64,000 nt of DNA, from assembly GCA_001899715.1 (NCBI GenBank), contig MKWI01000019.1, positions 6,446 to 70,445 on the forward strand. The letters run 5' to 3'. A model generated the notes under the pieces. It worked only from the letters and a program-made list of their open reading frames with translations. It did not search any database and had not been told where the DNA came from. Both the position numbers and the translations under genes were made by a program. Position 1 is the stretch's first letter; each line of letters opens with the position of its first letter. The DNA comes from Sphingobium sp. 66-54 (lineage in GTDB: Bacteria > Pseudomonadota > Alphaproteobacteria > Sphingomonadales > Sphingomonadaceae). Of the stretch, positions 1 to 9,359 are shown piece by piece.

Positions 1-885
1 ATTGGCTGCTCCTCGCGCTTCCCTTATTATGTCGAGAGTTATGGCTTCCACACCATCCACGGTCGCGCGCCGGCGGTGGCGACTGGCGTGAAGCTCGCCA
101 ATCCCGATCTGGACGTGTGGATCATCACCGGCGACGGCGATGGGCTGTCGATCGGCGGCAACCACACCATGCACGTGCTGCGCCGCAATCTCGATTGCCA
201 GATCCTGCTGTTCAACAACGAGATTTACGGGCTGACCAAGGGCCAATATTCGCCGACGAGCCGCGCGGGGACGCGCAGCCCCTCGACGCCGTTCGGCTCG
301 GTCGACTATCCGGCCCGGCCGGCTGCGTTCGCGCTTGGCTCTGGCGCGCACTTCATCGCGCGGGCCTATGATATCTCGAAGCAACTGCCGGACGTGCTGA
401 CCGCCGCCTACAACCACAAGGGTGCGGCGTTCGTGGAGATTTTCCAGAACTGCATCGTCTACAACAAGGACGTGTTCGCCGACTTCACCGAGAAGAAGAA
501 TGCGGACGAGGGCCAGCTCTGGGTCGAGCACGGCAAGCCGATGCTGTTCGCCAAGGGTACCAAGGGCATCGCGCTCGACCGCGAGGCGCTGGCACTCAAG
601 GTAGTCGATGTCGTCGATGGCGATTGGCGGGCGGCGGACGTGATCGTCCACGATGTCGCCAACCGCTCGGTGGCACATATGCTGGTCGAGATGCCGTTCG
701 GGCCGTTCCCGATGGCGCTCGGTGTCATCTATGACGATCCCGCTACCAGCTTCGAGCAGGCTGTGGTGGAGCAGAACGAGCAAGGCGCTCGCGGCAAGAC
801 CCCGGATCTCCAGAAACTGGTCAGCCAGGGCCAGACATGGACCGTGAAGGCGGACGCGGATGCGGCGAAGGGGCCGGCGCTGTAG
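1..885 (+). CDS. korB: 2-oxoacid:ferredoxin oxidoreductase beta subunit (5' truncated by window)
   Basis: Frame open from base 1 (IGCSSRFPYY..GFHTIHGRA); TPP-binding GDGDG..NN motif; GQYSPT; CIVYN. Confidence 0.92.
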   Translation: MGCSSRFPYYVESYGFHTIHGRAPAVATGVKLANPDLDVWIITGDGDGLSIGGNHTMHVLRRNLDCQILLFNNEIYGLTKGQYSPTSRAGTRSPSTPFGSVDYPARPAAFALGSGAHFIARAYDISKQLPDVLTAAYNHKGAAFVEIFQNCIVYNKDVFADFTEKKNADEGQLWVEHGKPMLFAKGTKGIALDREALALKVVDVVDGDWRAADVIVHDVANRSVAHMLVEMPFGPFPMALGVIYDDPATSFEQAVVEQNEQGARGKTPDLQKLVSQGQTWTVKADADAAKGPAL

Positions 886-986
886 GGACGTGGGCATGCT
901 CCCGCCATGAATGAGTGGCCGGTTCCGCGTGCTCAAACCCGCCCTCGCCAAACGAGGGGAAAGTAAGGAGCTGCGCCTCCGACTAT

Positions 987-1143
987 CGTCACCCCGGACT
1001 TGATCCGGGGTTCCCGCTTCCTTCTCCACCGATGATGGAACGCGGCGCAGGTGGTTTTAAGGTCCGCCTTCTACCCCTATTCTGCGCTCAAGCGCTGAAT
1101 CGGCCCGTGTTCGGAAAGCGGGACCCCGGAGTCCGGGGTGACG
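987..1143. repeat. REP-like inverted pair of palindromic units
   Basis: CGTCACCCCGGACTTGATCCGGGG-TTCCCGCTT (987-1019) and the near reverse complement AAGCGGGACCCCGGAGTCCGGGGTGACG (1116-1143), intergenic. Confidence 0.7.
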
Positions 1144-1257
1144 GAATCGACTGTGGCTGCTCCACAATCTGGACCGGACCGCCCGGACGCTGCCCGCCGT
1201 CCGGCAAAGCTGCGGACTATATTGACCTGCGCCTGAAAGCTGCCCCAAGGCAGGCGT

Positions 1258-2250
1258 ATGGATAATCTCACCCACAGTCTGGCCGGCTGGGCGCTTGGCC
1301 AGACCGGCCTCAAGACAAAGACGCGCAAGGGCCTCGCCGCGTTGATCCTCGGCGCGAATATGCCGGATCTCGACGTGTTCTTCGGCTGGGTGAGCTGGGC
1401 GCCGCTCTCCACCCACCGCGGGTTCACCCATAGCCTTGTCGGCGGGTCGGTGCTGATGCCGCCCTTGCTCGCCGGCTTGCTCTGGCTGCTCGACCGCTGG
1501 CAGCTTTCGCGCGGGCGAACATTCCGTAGCGGGCTGCCGATGCATGCCGGATGGCTGTTGGCGCTTGCCTATCTGGGAGCGTTCACCCATCCACTGCTCG
1601 ATTTGCAGACAACCTATGCGGTTCAGCTCCTGTCCCCGTTCGAGACCTTGTGGTTCCATACCGAGACGCTGTTCATCATTGATATCTGGATCTGGATGGG
1701 ACTGGGGTTCGCGATATGGCTTTCCCGAAAGAGGGAGAAAACCGGCGGTCAATGGCGTCGGCCGGCCATTGCCGGCCTTATCGGGCTTTGCGCCTATGTC
1801 TCTGCAAACGGGGCGATCTCCCTCTTGTCCCGTTCTGCCCTCATCGCAACGCCGCCCTACCCACAACCGGATATTCTGTTCGCTGGCGAGCAGCCGGCAC
1901 TATTCTGGAAACGCACGCTGATCTGGCGGCAGGATGGGATGATTGGCCGGGCCAGCTATGATCCGCTGCGCAGCCTGACAGCGGTGTTCAACCCTCAGCC
2001 GCCGGTGCCGGACAATATGAGCGACCCATTGGTGCGTCGGGCGATGACCGCCAATCGCGATATTGTCCGCTTCATGCGCTGGTCGACCATGCCGATGGCG
2101 CATATCGAGCGCGGGCGCTGCACCGCGACGGTGCTGTTCAGCGATGCCCGCTTCGGGGAGCCCCGGCCGGGCGATCGGTTCCTGCGGCAGGTCACGCTGC
2201 CGGTGGCAGGGGAGGGCTGCGGCGCTGCCGGTGGAATGGATCGAGAATAA
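1258..2250 (+). CDS. Membrane metal-dependent hydrolase (YdjM/DUF457-like)
   Basis: MDNLTHSL, PDLD, HRGFTHSL, HPLLD motifs; TM segments. Confidence 0.88.
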   Translation: MDNLTHSLAGWALGQTGLKTKTRKGLAALILGANMPDLDVFFGWVSWAPLSTHRGFTHSLVGGSVLMPPLLAGLLWLLDRWQLSRGRTFRSGLPMHAGWLLALAYLGAFTHPLLDLQTTYAVQLLSPFETLWFHTETLFIIDIWIWMGLGFAIWLSRKREKTGGQWRRPAIAGLIGLCAYVSANGAISLLSRSALIATPPYPQPDILFAGEQPALFWKRTLIWRQDGMIGRASYDPLRSLTAVFNPQPPVPDNMSDPLVRRAMTANRDIVRFMRWSTMPMAHIERGRCTATVLFSDARFGEPRPGDRFLRQVTLPVAGEGCGAAGGMDRE

Positions 2251-2272
2251 CCGGGCGGCGCGTTAGCACACC

Positions 2273-2440
2273 GTGGGTCAAGACGACTGTCGCTGGACGC
2301 CTGGACGATATCCGTCTGCCTCCGAGCCAAGCGGAGACGGGTTCGGCATGAGGTCCCGTTGAAACCGCCTTGTCGAGCCGGAACCTGCCAACAGCGGCTC
2401 CGGCCGTATCGTCCAGGGTGGTGCCCCACGTCTTGCTCGC
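2273..2440. ncRNA. Candidate structured RNA, identity unknown
   Basis: Intergenic; 2273-2285 pairs with 2429-2440 and 2300-2310 pairs perfectly with 2407-2417, with inner hairpins. Confidence 0.4.
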
Positions 2441-2497
2441 CCCACTTCCTCCCGAGAGGCCATTGTGCTCGGCGCGGGAAGCTCCCATTATGCAGAC

Positions 2498-3769
2498 ATG
2501 ACCGTCCACAGTCCGCCAGCGGGGCGCCAGCGTGCCTTCTTGCGCAAGTCCGGTGCGCGCATGCGGCGCGGGCTGTGGCGACTGGTGCCCGAGCGCATCT
2601 TCCGACCGCTGATCGACCGGATCGACGAGCGGCTGTTAACCGGATCGCTGGAACTGCATCTGCCGGACGGCTCGATCCGGCTGCTCGGCGCCAACGAACC
2701 GGGCTTTTCCGCCATCGTCCATCTGGAGAGCTGGCGCGCTCTCGCCCGGCTCGCCCTCAGCGGCTCGACCGGCTGGTATCGCGCTTGGGCTGCGGGCGAC
2801 TGGTCCAGCCCCGATCCGGTCGCGTTGTTTGCGCTGTTCGCCGCCAATGCCCGCTCGCTGGGGAACAGCGCCCGCTCGTCCGGTCTGCCGCGCCTCATCG
2901 GCAAGCTTAAGCTGCACGGGAGGCGCAACAGCCGACGCGGGGCGCGGCGCAACATCGCCGAGCATTACGACCTCGGCAATGATTTCTACACGACCTGGCT
3001 GGACCCGAGCCTGACTTATTCCAGCGCCCGCCCGGCTTACCCCAACGAGTCGCTCGAACAGGCACAGATACGCAAGATCGACGCTCTGCTGGATCGGCTC
3101 GACCTGAAGCCGGGCGACCGGCTGCTGGAGATCGGCTGCGGCTGGGGAAGCCTTGCGCAGCAGGCGCTGGAGCGTGAGCGCATCGGCTATCTCGGTCTCA
3201 CCCTTTCGCATGAGCAGCGCGACCATGTGCTCGCCCGGCCCGCGATCCACGCGGCGGGAGGTGGAGCAAGCGTGCTGCTCCAGGACTATCGCGACGTGCA
3301 AGGCACGTTCGACGCCATCGCCAGTGTCGAGATGGTCGAGGCGGTCGGCCAGCATTATTGGCCCGCTTATCTGGAGAGCGTCGCGCGGCTGCTGCGGCCG
3401 GGCGGCAAGGCGGCGATCCAGTTCATCAGCATCGACGATGAGATTTTCCCGGCTTACGCGGCGCGGGCCGACTTCATCCAGCGCTATATCTTTCCCGGTG
3501 GCTTCCTGCTCTCCGAGCGGCGCTTCCGCGAGATTGCCGAGCGCGCCGGGCTGGAATGGCGCGACCAGCAGCGCTTCGGTCTCGATTATGCCTGGACGCT
3601 GCGCAAATGGCGCGAGCAGTTCGATGCGGCGGTGGAGAATGGGCATCTGCCAGCACGATTCGACCAGCATTTCGTCGATCTGTGGCGCTATTATCTCATG
3701 TATTGCGAGGGCGGCTTCGCGGGGCGCGGCATTGACGTCTCGCAGGTGACTCTCGTGAAATCGGCGTGA
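2498..3769 (+). CDS. cfa: Cyclopropane-fatty-acyl-phospholipid synthase family SAM methyltransferase
   Basis: HYDLGNDFY, LEIGCGWG, EMVEAVG, YIFPGG, YYLMYCEGGF motifs; start placed at ATG 2498. Confidence 0.88.
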   Translation: MTVHSPPAGRQRAFLRKSGARMRRGLWRLVPERIFRPLIDRIDERLLTGSLELHLPDGSIRLLGANEPGFSAIVHLESWRALARLALSGSTGWYRAWAAGDWSSPDPVALFALFAANARSLGNSARSSGLPRLIGKLKLHGRRNSRRGARRNIAEHYDLGNDFYTTWLDPSLTYSSARPAYPNESLEQAQIRKIDALLDRLDLKPGDRLLEIGCGWGSLAQQALERERIGYLGLTLSHEQRDHVLARPAIHAAGGGASVLLQDYRDVQGTFDAIASVEMVEAVGQHYWPAYLESVARLLRPGGKAAIQFISIDDEIFPAYAARADFIQRYIFPGGFLLSERRFREIAERAGLEWRDQQRFGLDYAWTLRKWREQFDAAVENGHLPARFDQHFVDLWRYYLMYCEGGFAGRGIDVSQVTLVKSA

Positions 3770-3778
3770 AACCGGGCG

Positions 3779-6139
3779 TCAGGTCGGCGGTATAGCCGCG
3801 TCGATCTCCCGCTTTATCCGCTCGATCTGCTCCGTCATGGCCGGCAGGCGCGGCGCTTCCTCATCGAGAATGGCAAGGAATGCCTCCCGCTTCCAGGCCC
3901 TTGGGCGGGTGGGATCGGACAAGGCATCGCGCGGCATGGTGGAGAGCAATATGTCGATCAGCCGATCAGCACCATGCAGGCGGCCCCAGAGATAGTCGTT
4001 CTCCCGATAGGCGCGGCTGAAGAAGGCGCCGAAGCTGTTGAACTCGATCCCGCGCAACGTCGCCGCCGCGCCGCCCGAGCGGATAGCCACGGCATCGTCG
4101 GGCGAGATGCGATCGACCTTGATCGGGTCATATTCGTCCAACCCTTCGCCCTGAAGCAGCGTCAGCGTCGCGACATCGTAGAAGGGAAAGCCCAGATAGG
4201 TCTTGAGCAAGGCGCGGCGTTCGTCCGGCTCGATGAGCATGACGGCGGCGGCAAAACGCGCGTCGACCATATCGTCGAGTGTCCGCAGGTCGCGCAGCCG
4301 CGTGATGGTTTCGAGCATGCCGGTCAAGTCGTTGAGTGCCCGGCGGGCCTGCTCGCGGGCCGTGGCATTGAACCAGCCGGCCTGCTGCCGCTCCGAATAG
4401 AGCGTGATCGCCTCATAGAGCATTTCCAGCATGGTCTCGCGGCCGGCGCGGCGGGGTTCGTCATCCTCGTCCGCGCGCGCGGCGGCGGAGAGGCGCCGGG
4501 TGAGGAAGCGCAGGCGGCGGACACGGAAGGCGATGTCGTGGCTACGGTAGAAGGCGATCAGTTCCTCGCTGGCGCCATCGGCGGTGCCGTGGCCGACGCG
4601 ATCTACGCCATTGGCGTGCAGGTGGGTGCGTAGAGCCCGCAGCAGTTTCTCCTTGGCCATGGGTGAAGTCTCGCCGGCGAGCGCGGCGATTAGCGTCGCT
4701 AAGTCTTCGACGATGCCGGAATATTTGAGATAGCCATAAGCCGGATAGGCATAGCCGGCGGCCTGCGCGGCTTTCTGCTGCATCCGACCCCGCCAGTGGG
4801 CAAGACGGCGCGCGGTGGGGCGGATCAGGAAGGGCGTGCGGCCGAGCGTGCGGTCGACCGTCCGCTCGATGTCCGGCCGCAGCGCTTCGAAGATATGCTG
4901 CATGCGGCGGATGCGCGTCGAGCGCTCGGTAATCAACTCCAGATTGTCACGGATCGGCTGCTCGCGCGGAATCTCGCTGACCGCGCCGAAGATGGTGCGG
5001 AAGAAGCCAGGGACCAGCCCCTCGCCGGTGATCCGGTGGCGCAGTGGCGAGGTGAGGCGGAAGCCTCCTACGCTGGGAGACGGCTCGATATAGACAAAGC
5101 GGCGGTCGACCGGGCGGCGCGCGGGCCGGTCGCGCAGCGCGTCGATTGCCTGAGCGAAGGGCGCATTGGCCAGCACCGATCCGTCGATGAGCACCGCGTC
5201 CTCCGCGTTGCCGGCCTCGCTATGCTGGGGCAGCACTCTGCGCAGGAAGGTATCACGCCCCGCCCACGGCCGCTTGCGCTCGGCAAGCACCGCGTCCAGC
5301 TCGCGCACGGTGAAGGGCGGGAAGGCGCCGGGGAAGCTGGCGGTTGCGCGCGCCGCGAAAACCAGTTCGCTCGGATCGGCAAGCTGACGCGGGCGGATGC
5401 CGCGCGCATGGAAGCTGATCGTCAGGCGATGCTCTGTCTCGGTGATCTCGGGCGGGCTGTTGAGGCGCAGCACCTCCTCATGGCCGGTGAAATCGGTGGC
5501 GGTCACGTAGAGATCGAGCGGGTGATTGTCCGGCAGCAGCGGCTCGCCCGGTTCGCCCCCGGCCATGGCGTCGAACGCGTCGAGAATCAGCCGGGAGAAG
5601 CCCTTGCCGCCGAAGGGTGGGGCGAACCAGCGGGCGCGCACGAAGTTGGAAAGCTTGCGGCGGACCTCCTCGCGCATCTCCGGCGCCACCGTGCGGTCGA
5701 CCGTATCGCCGCGCCGGCGCAGCAGCAGCCAGAGGAACGGCGCCGCCCAGAATTTGGTGAAGCGCGAGAGCGGGCGCGCGTCCGGGTCGAGCAATATGTC
5801 GGCATCGGCGCAGCGCAACCACAGGTCGGTCAGCGGGTCGAGCGACTGGCCGGTCTCGATGGCGTGGGCAAGGAACACGCCGTTGATGCCACCCGCGCTG
5901 GCGCCCGCGATGATATCCGGCAGCACACGCAGCTTGAGGTTGGCCTCAGCCCGGCAGGCGGCGAGGATCTTGCCGTAGACCGTATCGTCGGGGCCGGCCG
6001 GCTGCTCCCCATCGTGGCGGCAGAAGTCCCGGCTTGCGCGTGCAAGGCGCCATATTTCCTTGGTGACGCCGTGCATATAGACGGCGAGGCTCACGCCACC
6101 GTAGCAAACGAGCGCAAGCCTCAGTTCCTTCTCCCGCAT
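3779..6139 (-). CDS. Patatin-like protein (DUF3376-type C-terminus)
   Basis: YGGVSLAVY, GASAGGIN nucleophile elbow, DGSVL, NDYLWGRL. Confidence 0.88.
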   Translation of the reverse strand: MREKELRLALVCYGGVSLAVYMHGVTKEIWRLARASRDFCRHDGEQPAGPDDTVYGKILAACRAEANLKLRVLPDIIAGASAGGINGVFLAHAIETGQSLDPLTDLWLRCADADILLDPDARPLSRFTKFWAAPFLWLLLRRRGDTVDRTVAPEMREEVRRKLSNFVRARWFAPPFGGKGFSRLILDAFDAMAGGEPGEPLLPDNHPLDLYVTATDFTGHEEVLRLNSPPEITETEHRLTISFHARGIRPRQLADPSELVFAARATASFPGAFPPFTVRELDAVLAERKRPWAGRDTFLRRVLPQHSEAGNAEDAVLIDGSVLANAPFAQAIDALRDRPARRPVDRRFVYIEPSPSVGGFRLTSPLRHRITGEGLVPGFFRTIFGAVSEIPREQPIRDNLELITERSTRIRRMQHIFEALRPDIERTVDRTLGRTPFLIRPTARRLAHWRGRMQQKAAQAAGYAYPAYGYLKYSGIVEDLATLIAALAGETSPMAKEKLLRALRTHLHANGVDRVGHGTADGASEELIAFYRSHDIAFRVRRLRFLTRRLSAAARADEDDEPRRAGRETMLEMLYEAITLYSERQQAGWFNATAREQARRALNDLTGMLETITRLRDLRTLDDMVDARFAAAVMLIEPDERRALLKTYLGFPFYDVATLTLLQGEGLDEYDPIKVDRISPDDAVAIRSGGAAATLRGIEFNSFGAFFSRAYRENDYLWGRLHGADRLIDILLSTMPRDALSDPTRPRAWKREAFLAILDEEAPRLPAMTEQIERIKREIDAAIPPT

Positions 6140-6179
6140 CGCCTACAGATAGGCGGGGCGCGGGGCGCTTGTCGACCCG

Positions 6180-6890
6180 TCAGACGGGCAGAGTGAATTC
6201 GGCCCAGATCGGCAGGTGATCGGAGGCGCGGCGGGCGAGCGGCGTCATATGCACGCCGCAGTCCGCCAGCGTCAGCTCGCCGCGCCACATGATGCGGTCG
6301 AGCGAGGCGACCGGGCGGCGCGCGTGGAAGCTGCGGCCGCATGGCGCGATCTCGAAATGCCGGCCGAAGTCCGAGAGGCAACCGCGCCCGCTGCTCCATT
6401 CGTTGAGGTCGCCCATCAGGATCGTCCCGATCGCCGGATCATGTTCATGGCGATGCTCGACCTGACTGACCAGGGCGGCGGCCTGACGGCGGCGCCACAG
6501 GCCGGAAAGGTCGAGGTGCATGCCGACGATGCGCAGCCGCTGGCCCCGCACGTCCAGGCTGGCGGTGATCGCGCCGCGCGGCTCCAGGCAAGGGAGGTGA
6601 ACGACATCGCCCGCCGCCTCGTCAAGATGATCGCGGCGGACGAGCAGGGCGTTGCCGTGCCAGCCCATGCTCTCCGCGCGGGTGGGGATGGGGACGGCGC
6701 GATAGTCCGAATGCGTCTCCAGCAGCCGGTCGGGCAGCACGGCGTGGCGCGGGCCGAAGCGGCGGTCCGCTTCCTGCAAGGCGATGACGTCGGCATCCAG
6801 TTCGTTGAGCACGTCGATGATGCGTTCCGGCGCACGGCGCCGATCGGTGCCGATGGCCTTGCGGATATTGTAGGAGGCGACCTTGACCAT
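6180..6890 (-). CDS. Endonuclease/exonuclease/phosphatase family protein
   Basis: SYNI, LQE, GDLN, SDHLP motifs. Confidence 0.88.
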   Translation of the reverse strand: MVKVASYNIRKAIGTDRRRAPERIIDVLNELDADVIALQEADRRFGPRHAVLPDRLLETHSDYRAVPIPTRAESMGWHGNALLVRRDHLDEAAGDVVHLPCLEPRGAITASLDVRGQRLRIVGMHLDLSGLWRRRQAAALVSQVEHRHEHDPAIGTILMGDLNEWSSGRGCLSDFGRHFEIAPCGRSFHARRPVASLDRIMWRGELTLADCGVHMTPLARRASDHLPIWAEFTLPV

Positions 6891-6942
6891 TGGCTCCCTG
6901 ATTGCCGTTTCCCTCGCCTGCGCGCAAGAAAATCGCGCTGGC

Positions 6943-6957
6943 GTTCGTGGTTCGTTC
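6943..6957. promoter_or_regulatory. LexA (SOS) box upstream of radA
   Basis: GTTC-GTGGTTC-GTTC, an exact GTTC-N7-GTTC, 16 nt before the radA ATG. Confidence 0.6.
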
Positions 6958-6973
6958 TGATATGGGGAGCGGC

Positions 6974-8341
6974 ATGGCCAAGGTCAAACGCCGTTTTGTC
7001 TGCCAGAGTTGTGGATCGGTCGCCTCGCGTTGGCAGGGGCAGTGCGACGATTGCGGCGAATGGAACACTCTGATCGAGGAAGCGCCGCCAACGGCCTTCT
7101 CGGTCAAGCATGATCTACAGGATGGCGGCCGGCCGATCGAGTTGGTCGGGCTGGACAGCGACGGCGCGCTGCCCGCGCGGCTCGGCACCGGGCTGGCGGA
7201 GTTCGACCGGGCGCTGGGCGGCGGGCTGGTCGCGGGATCGGCCACGCTGATCGGCGGCGATCCGGGGATCGGCAAGTCGACCCTGCTGTTGCAGGCGGCG
7301 GCGCGGCTGGCGCGCGCGGGCCGGCAGGTGGTCTATGTAAGCGGCGAGGAGGCGGCCGATCAGGTGCGGTTGCGCGCCCGCCGGCTCGGCCTTGGCGATG
7401 CGCCGGTGCAGCTCGCCAGCGCCACCTCGGTGCGGGACATATTGACGACGCTGGGGCAGGCGGCAGGGACGGACCTGCTGGTGATCGACTCGATCCAGAC
7501 GATGCACAGCGACATGATCGAAGGCGCGCCCGGCACGGTGAGCCAGGTGCGGGCGTCGGCGCAGGAGTTGATCCGCTTCGCCAAGAAAGGCGGGGCGGCG
7601 CTGATCCTCGTCGGCCATGTCACCAAAGACGGTTCCATCGCCGGGCCGCGCGTGCTGGAACATATGGTCGATACGGTGCTGAGCTTCGAGGGTGAGCGCA
7701 GCCACCAGTATCGCATCCTGCGCGCAATCAAGAACCGCTTTGGCGGCACCGACGAGATCGGCGTGTTCGCCATGGCGGAAGAAGGCTTGCAGGAGGTCGG
7801 CAACCCTTCTGCCCTGTTCCTCACCGACCGCGACGAGCGCGTGCCGGGCGCGGCGGTATTCCCGGCACTGGAAGGGACGCGGCCGGTGCTGGTCGAGATC
7901 CAGGCGCTCACCGTGCGGCTGGCCAGCGGTGCCACGCCCCGGCGCGCGGTAGTCGGTTGGGATAGCGGCCGGCTCGCCATGATTCTCGCGGTGTTGGAGG
8001 CGCGCTGCGGGCTCAGTTTCGCGAGCTGCGAGGTCTATCTCAACGTAGCGGGCGGCTATCGCTTGCAAGACCCCGCGGCCGATCTGGCGGTCGCTGGCGC
8101 GCTCATCTCCGCGTTGTCCGAGCGGCCGGTACCCAAGGACGCGGTGCTGCTCGGCGAGATCGCGCTCTCCGGCGAGATCCGGCCGGTCGCCCATGCCGGG
8201 CTGCGGCTGCGTGAGGCGGCCAAGCTGGGCTTCCAGCGCGCCCTGCTTCCTGCCTCCAGCGCGAAGCTGGCGAACGGGCTGGCGACCTCCGGCTTCACCC
8301 GGTTGAGCGAGCTTGTTGACCATATGCTCGGGCGCGATTAG
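6974..8341 (+). CDS. radA: DNA repair protein RadA/Sms
   Basis: C4 zinc finger, Walker A GGDPGIGKS, KNRFG motif, Lon-like C-terminus. Confidence 0.97.
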   Translation: MAKVKRRFVCQSCGSVASRWQGQCDDCGEWNTLIEEAPPTAFSVKHDLQDGGRPIELVGLDSDGALPARLGTGLAEFDRALGGGLVAGSATLIGGDPGIGKSTLLLQAAARLARAGRQVVYVSGEEAADQVRLRARRLGLGDAPVQLASATSVRDILTTLGQAAGTDLLVIDSIQTMHSDMIEGAPGTVSQVRASAQELIRFAKKGGAALILVGHVTKDGSIAGPRVLEHMVDTVLSFEGERSHQYRILRAIKNRFGGTDEIGVFAMAEEGLQEVGNPSALFLTDRDERVPGAAVFPALEGTRPVLVEIQALTVRLASGATPRRAVVGWDSGRLAMILAVLEARCGLSFASCEVYLNVAGGYRLQDPAADLAVAGALISALSERPVPKDAVLLGEIALSGEIRPVAHAGLRLREAAKLGFQRALLPASSAKLANGLATSGFTRLSELVDHMLGRD

Positions 8342-8350
8342 CCAGCCGCT

Positions 8351-8905
8351 ATGACCGCGCTCGATATCGCCGTTCTCCTGCTTATCGGCGGCCTCGCCAT
8401 TCGCGGTTTCATCGCCGGGTTCGTCACCGAATCGCTGGGGCTGGCGGCGCTGGTCGGCGGCATCGTCGCCGTGCGGCTGTTCCATGCGCCCGTCACCGCG
8501 CTGTTCACCGGCTGGGTCGGCTCGGAATATGGCGCGGCGCTGATCGCCTTCGTGCTCGTCTTTGGGGTCGTTTTCGTCCTTGGGAAGATGCTGGCCAAGG
8601 CCATCGGCGGGAAGACCAAAAGCTCGATGCTGGGCATGGTCGACCGGCTGCTGGGGCTGGGGTTCGGCGCTATCAAGGGCCTGCTGGTGGCGACGATCTG
8701 CTACGTGCTGTTCACCATCGGCTATGACGCCCTATATGGCGTGGAGAGCAACCGACCGGACTGGATGCGCCTCTCGCGCTCCTATCCGCTGCTCAGCGCG
8801 AGCGGATCGGCAATGAGCGAATGGATCGCGGAGAACAGCCGCCAGGGCGGATTGCTGGGTAATGTGATGCCGGACGAGAAGGAAGATACCGGCGATGGCG
8901 AGTGA
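8351..8905 (+). CDS. cvpA: CvpA family membrane protein
   Basis: D-x10-RGF..E, DRLLGLGFG motif; follows radA. Confidence 0.85.
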   Translation: MTALDIAVLLLIGGLAIRGFIAGFVTESLGLAALVGGIVAVRLFHAPVTALFTGWVGSEYGAALIAFVLVFGVVFVLGKMLAKAIGGKTKSSMLGMVDRLLGLGFGAIKGLLVATICYVLFTIGYDALYGVESNRPDWMRLSRSYPLLSASGSAMSEWIAENSRQGGLLGNVMPDEKEDTGDGE

Positions 8906-9359
8906 GGCGAAGACGGGAAGCGGAACGCTCTACAGCATCGACGTGCTGCGCGTGGCGGCAAGCGTAGCCGATTTCCCTCCGCTCGCCGCCGCCGATGCCA
9001 TCGAGGAGCGTCGCTCGCCGACTTGCGGCAGCCGCATGACCGTCTCGCTCCGGCTTGATGATGAGGGGCGGATCGCCGCGATCGGTCTCGATGCCAAGGC
9101 GTGCGCGCTGGGGCAGGCGGCCGCCGCCATATTGGCGAATGGTGCAGCCGGTGCCGACCGGGCCGCCATCGAGCAGGCGAGCGAAGCATGGCGCGCCTAT
9201 CTCGCCAGCGAGAGCGAGACCCTGCCCGACTGGCCGGGGCTGGCGTTGCTGGCCGCCGGGCGCGATTATCCCGCGCGCCATCCCTCCATGCGTCTGGCGT
9301 TCGAGGCGGCAGCGGCCGCCCTCGCACATGTGCTAGCGGATCGTTCCGCGCATGGCTGA
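8895..9359 (+). CDS. NifU/IscU-like Fe-S scaffold protein
   Basis: SPTCGS, ACALGQA motifs. Confidence 0.8.
   Translation: MASEAKTGSGTLYSIDVLRVAASVADFPPLAAADAIEERRSPTCGSRMTVSLRLDDEGRIAAIGLDAKACALGQAAAAILANGAAGADRAAIEQASEAWRAYLASESETLPDWPGLALLAAGRDYPARHPSMRLAFEAAAAALAHVLADRSAHG

Noticed and set aside
2273-2440. Cobalamin, TPP or SAM/SAH riboswitch
   Set aside because: Only fragments resemble them (GAGCCGGAACCTGCC, CCCGTTGAA); core elements such as GCAACTGT, CTGAGA or the SAM/SAH stem are missing.
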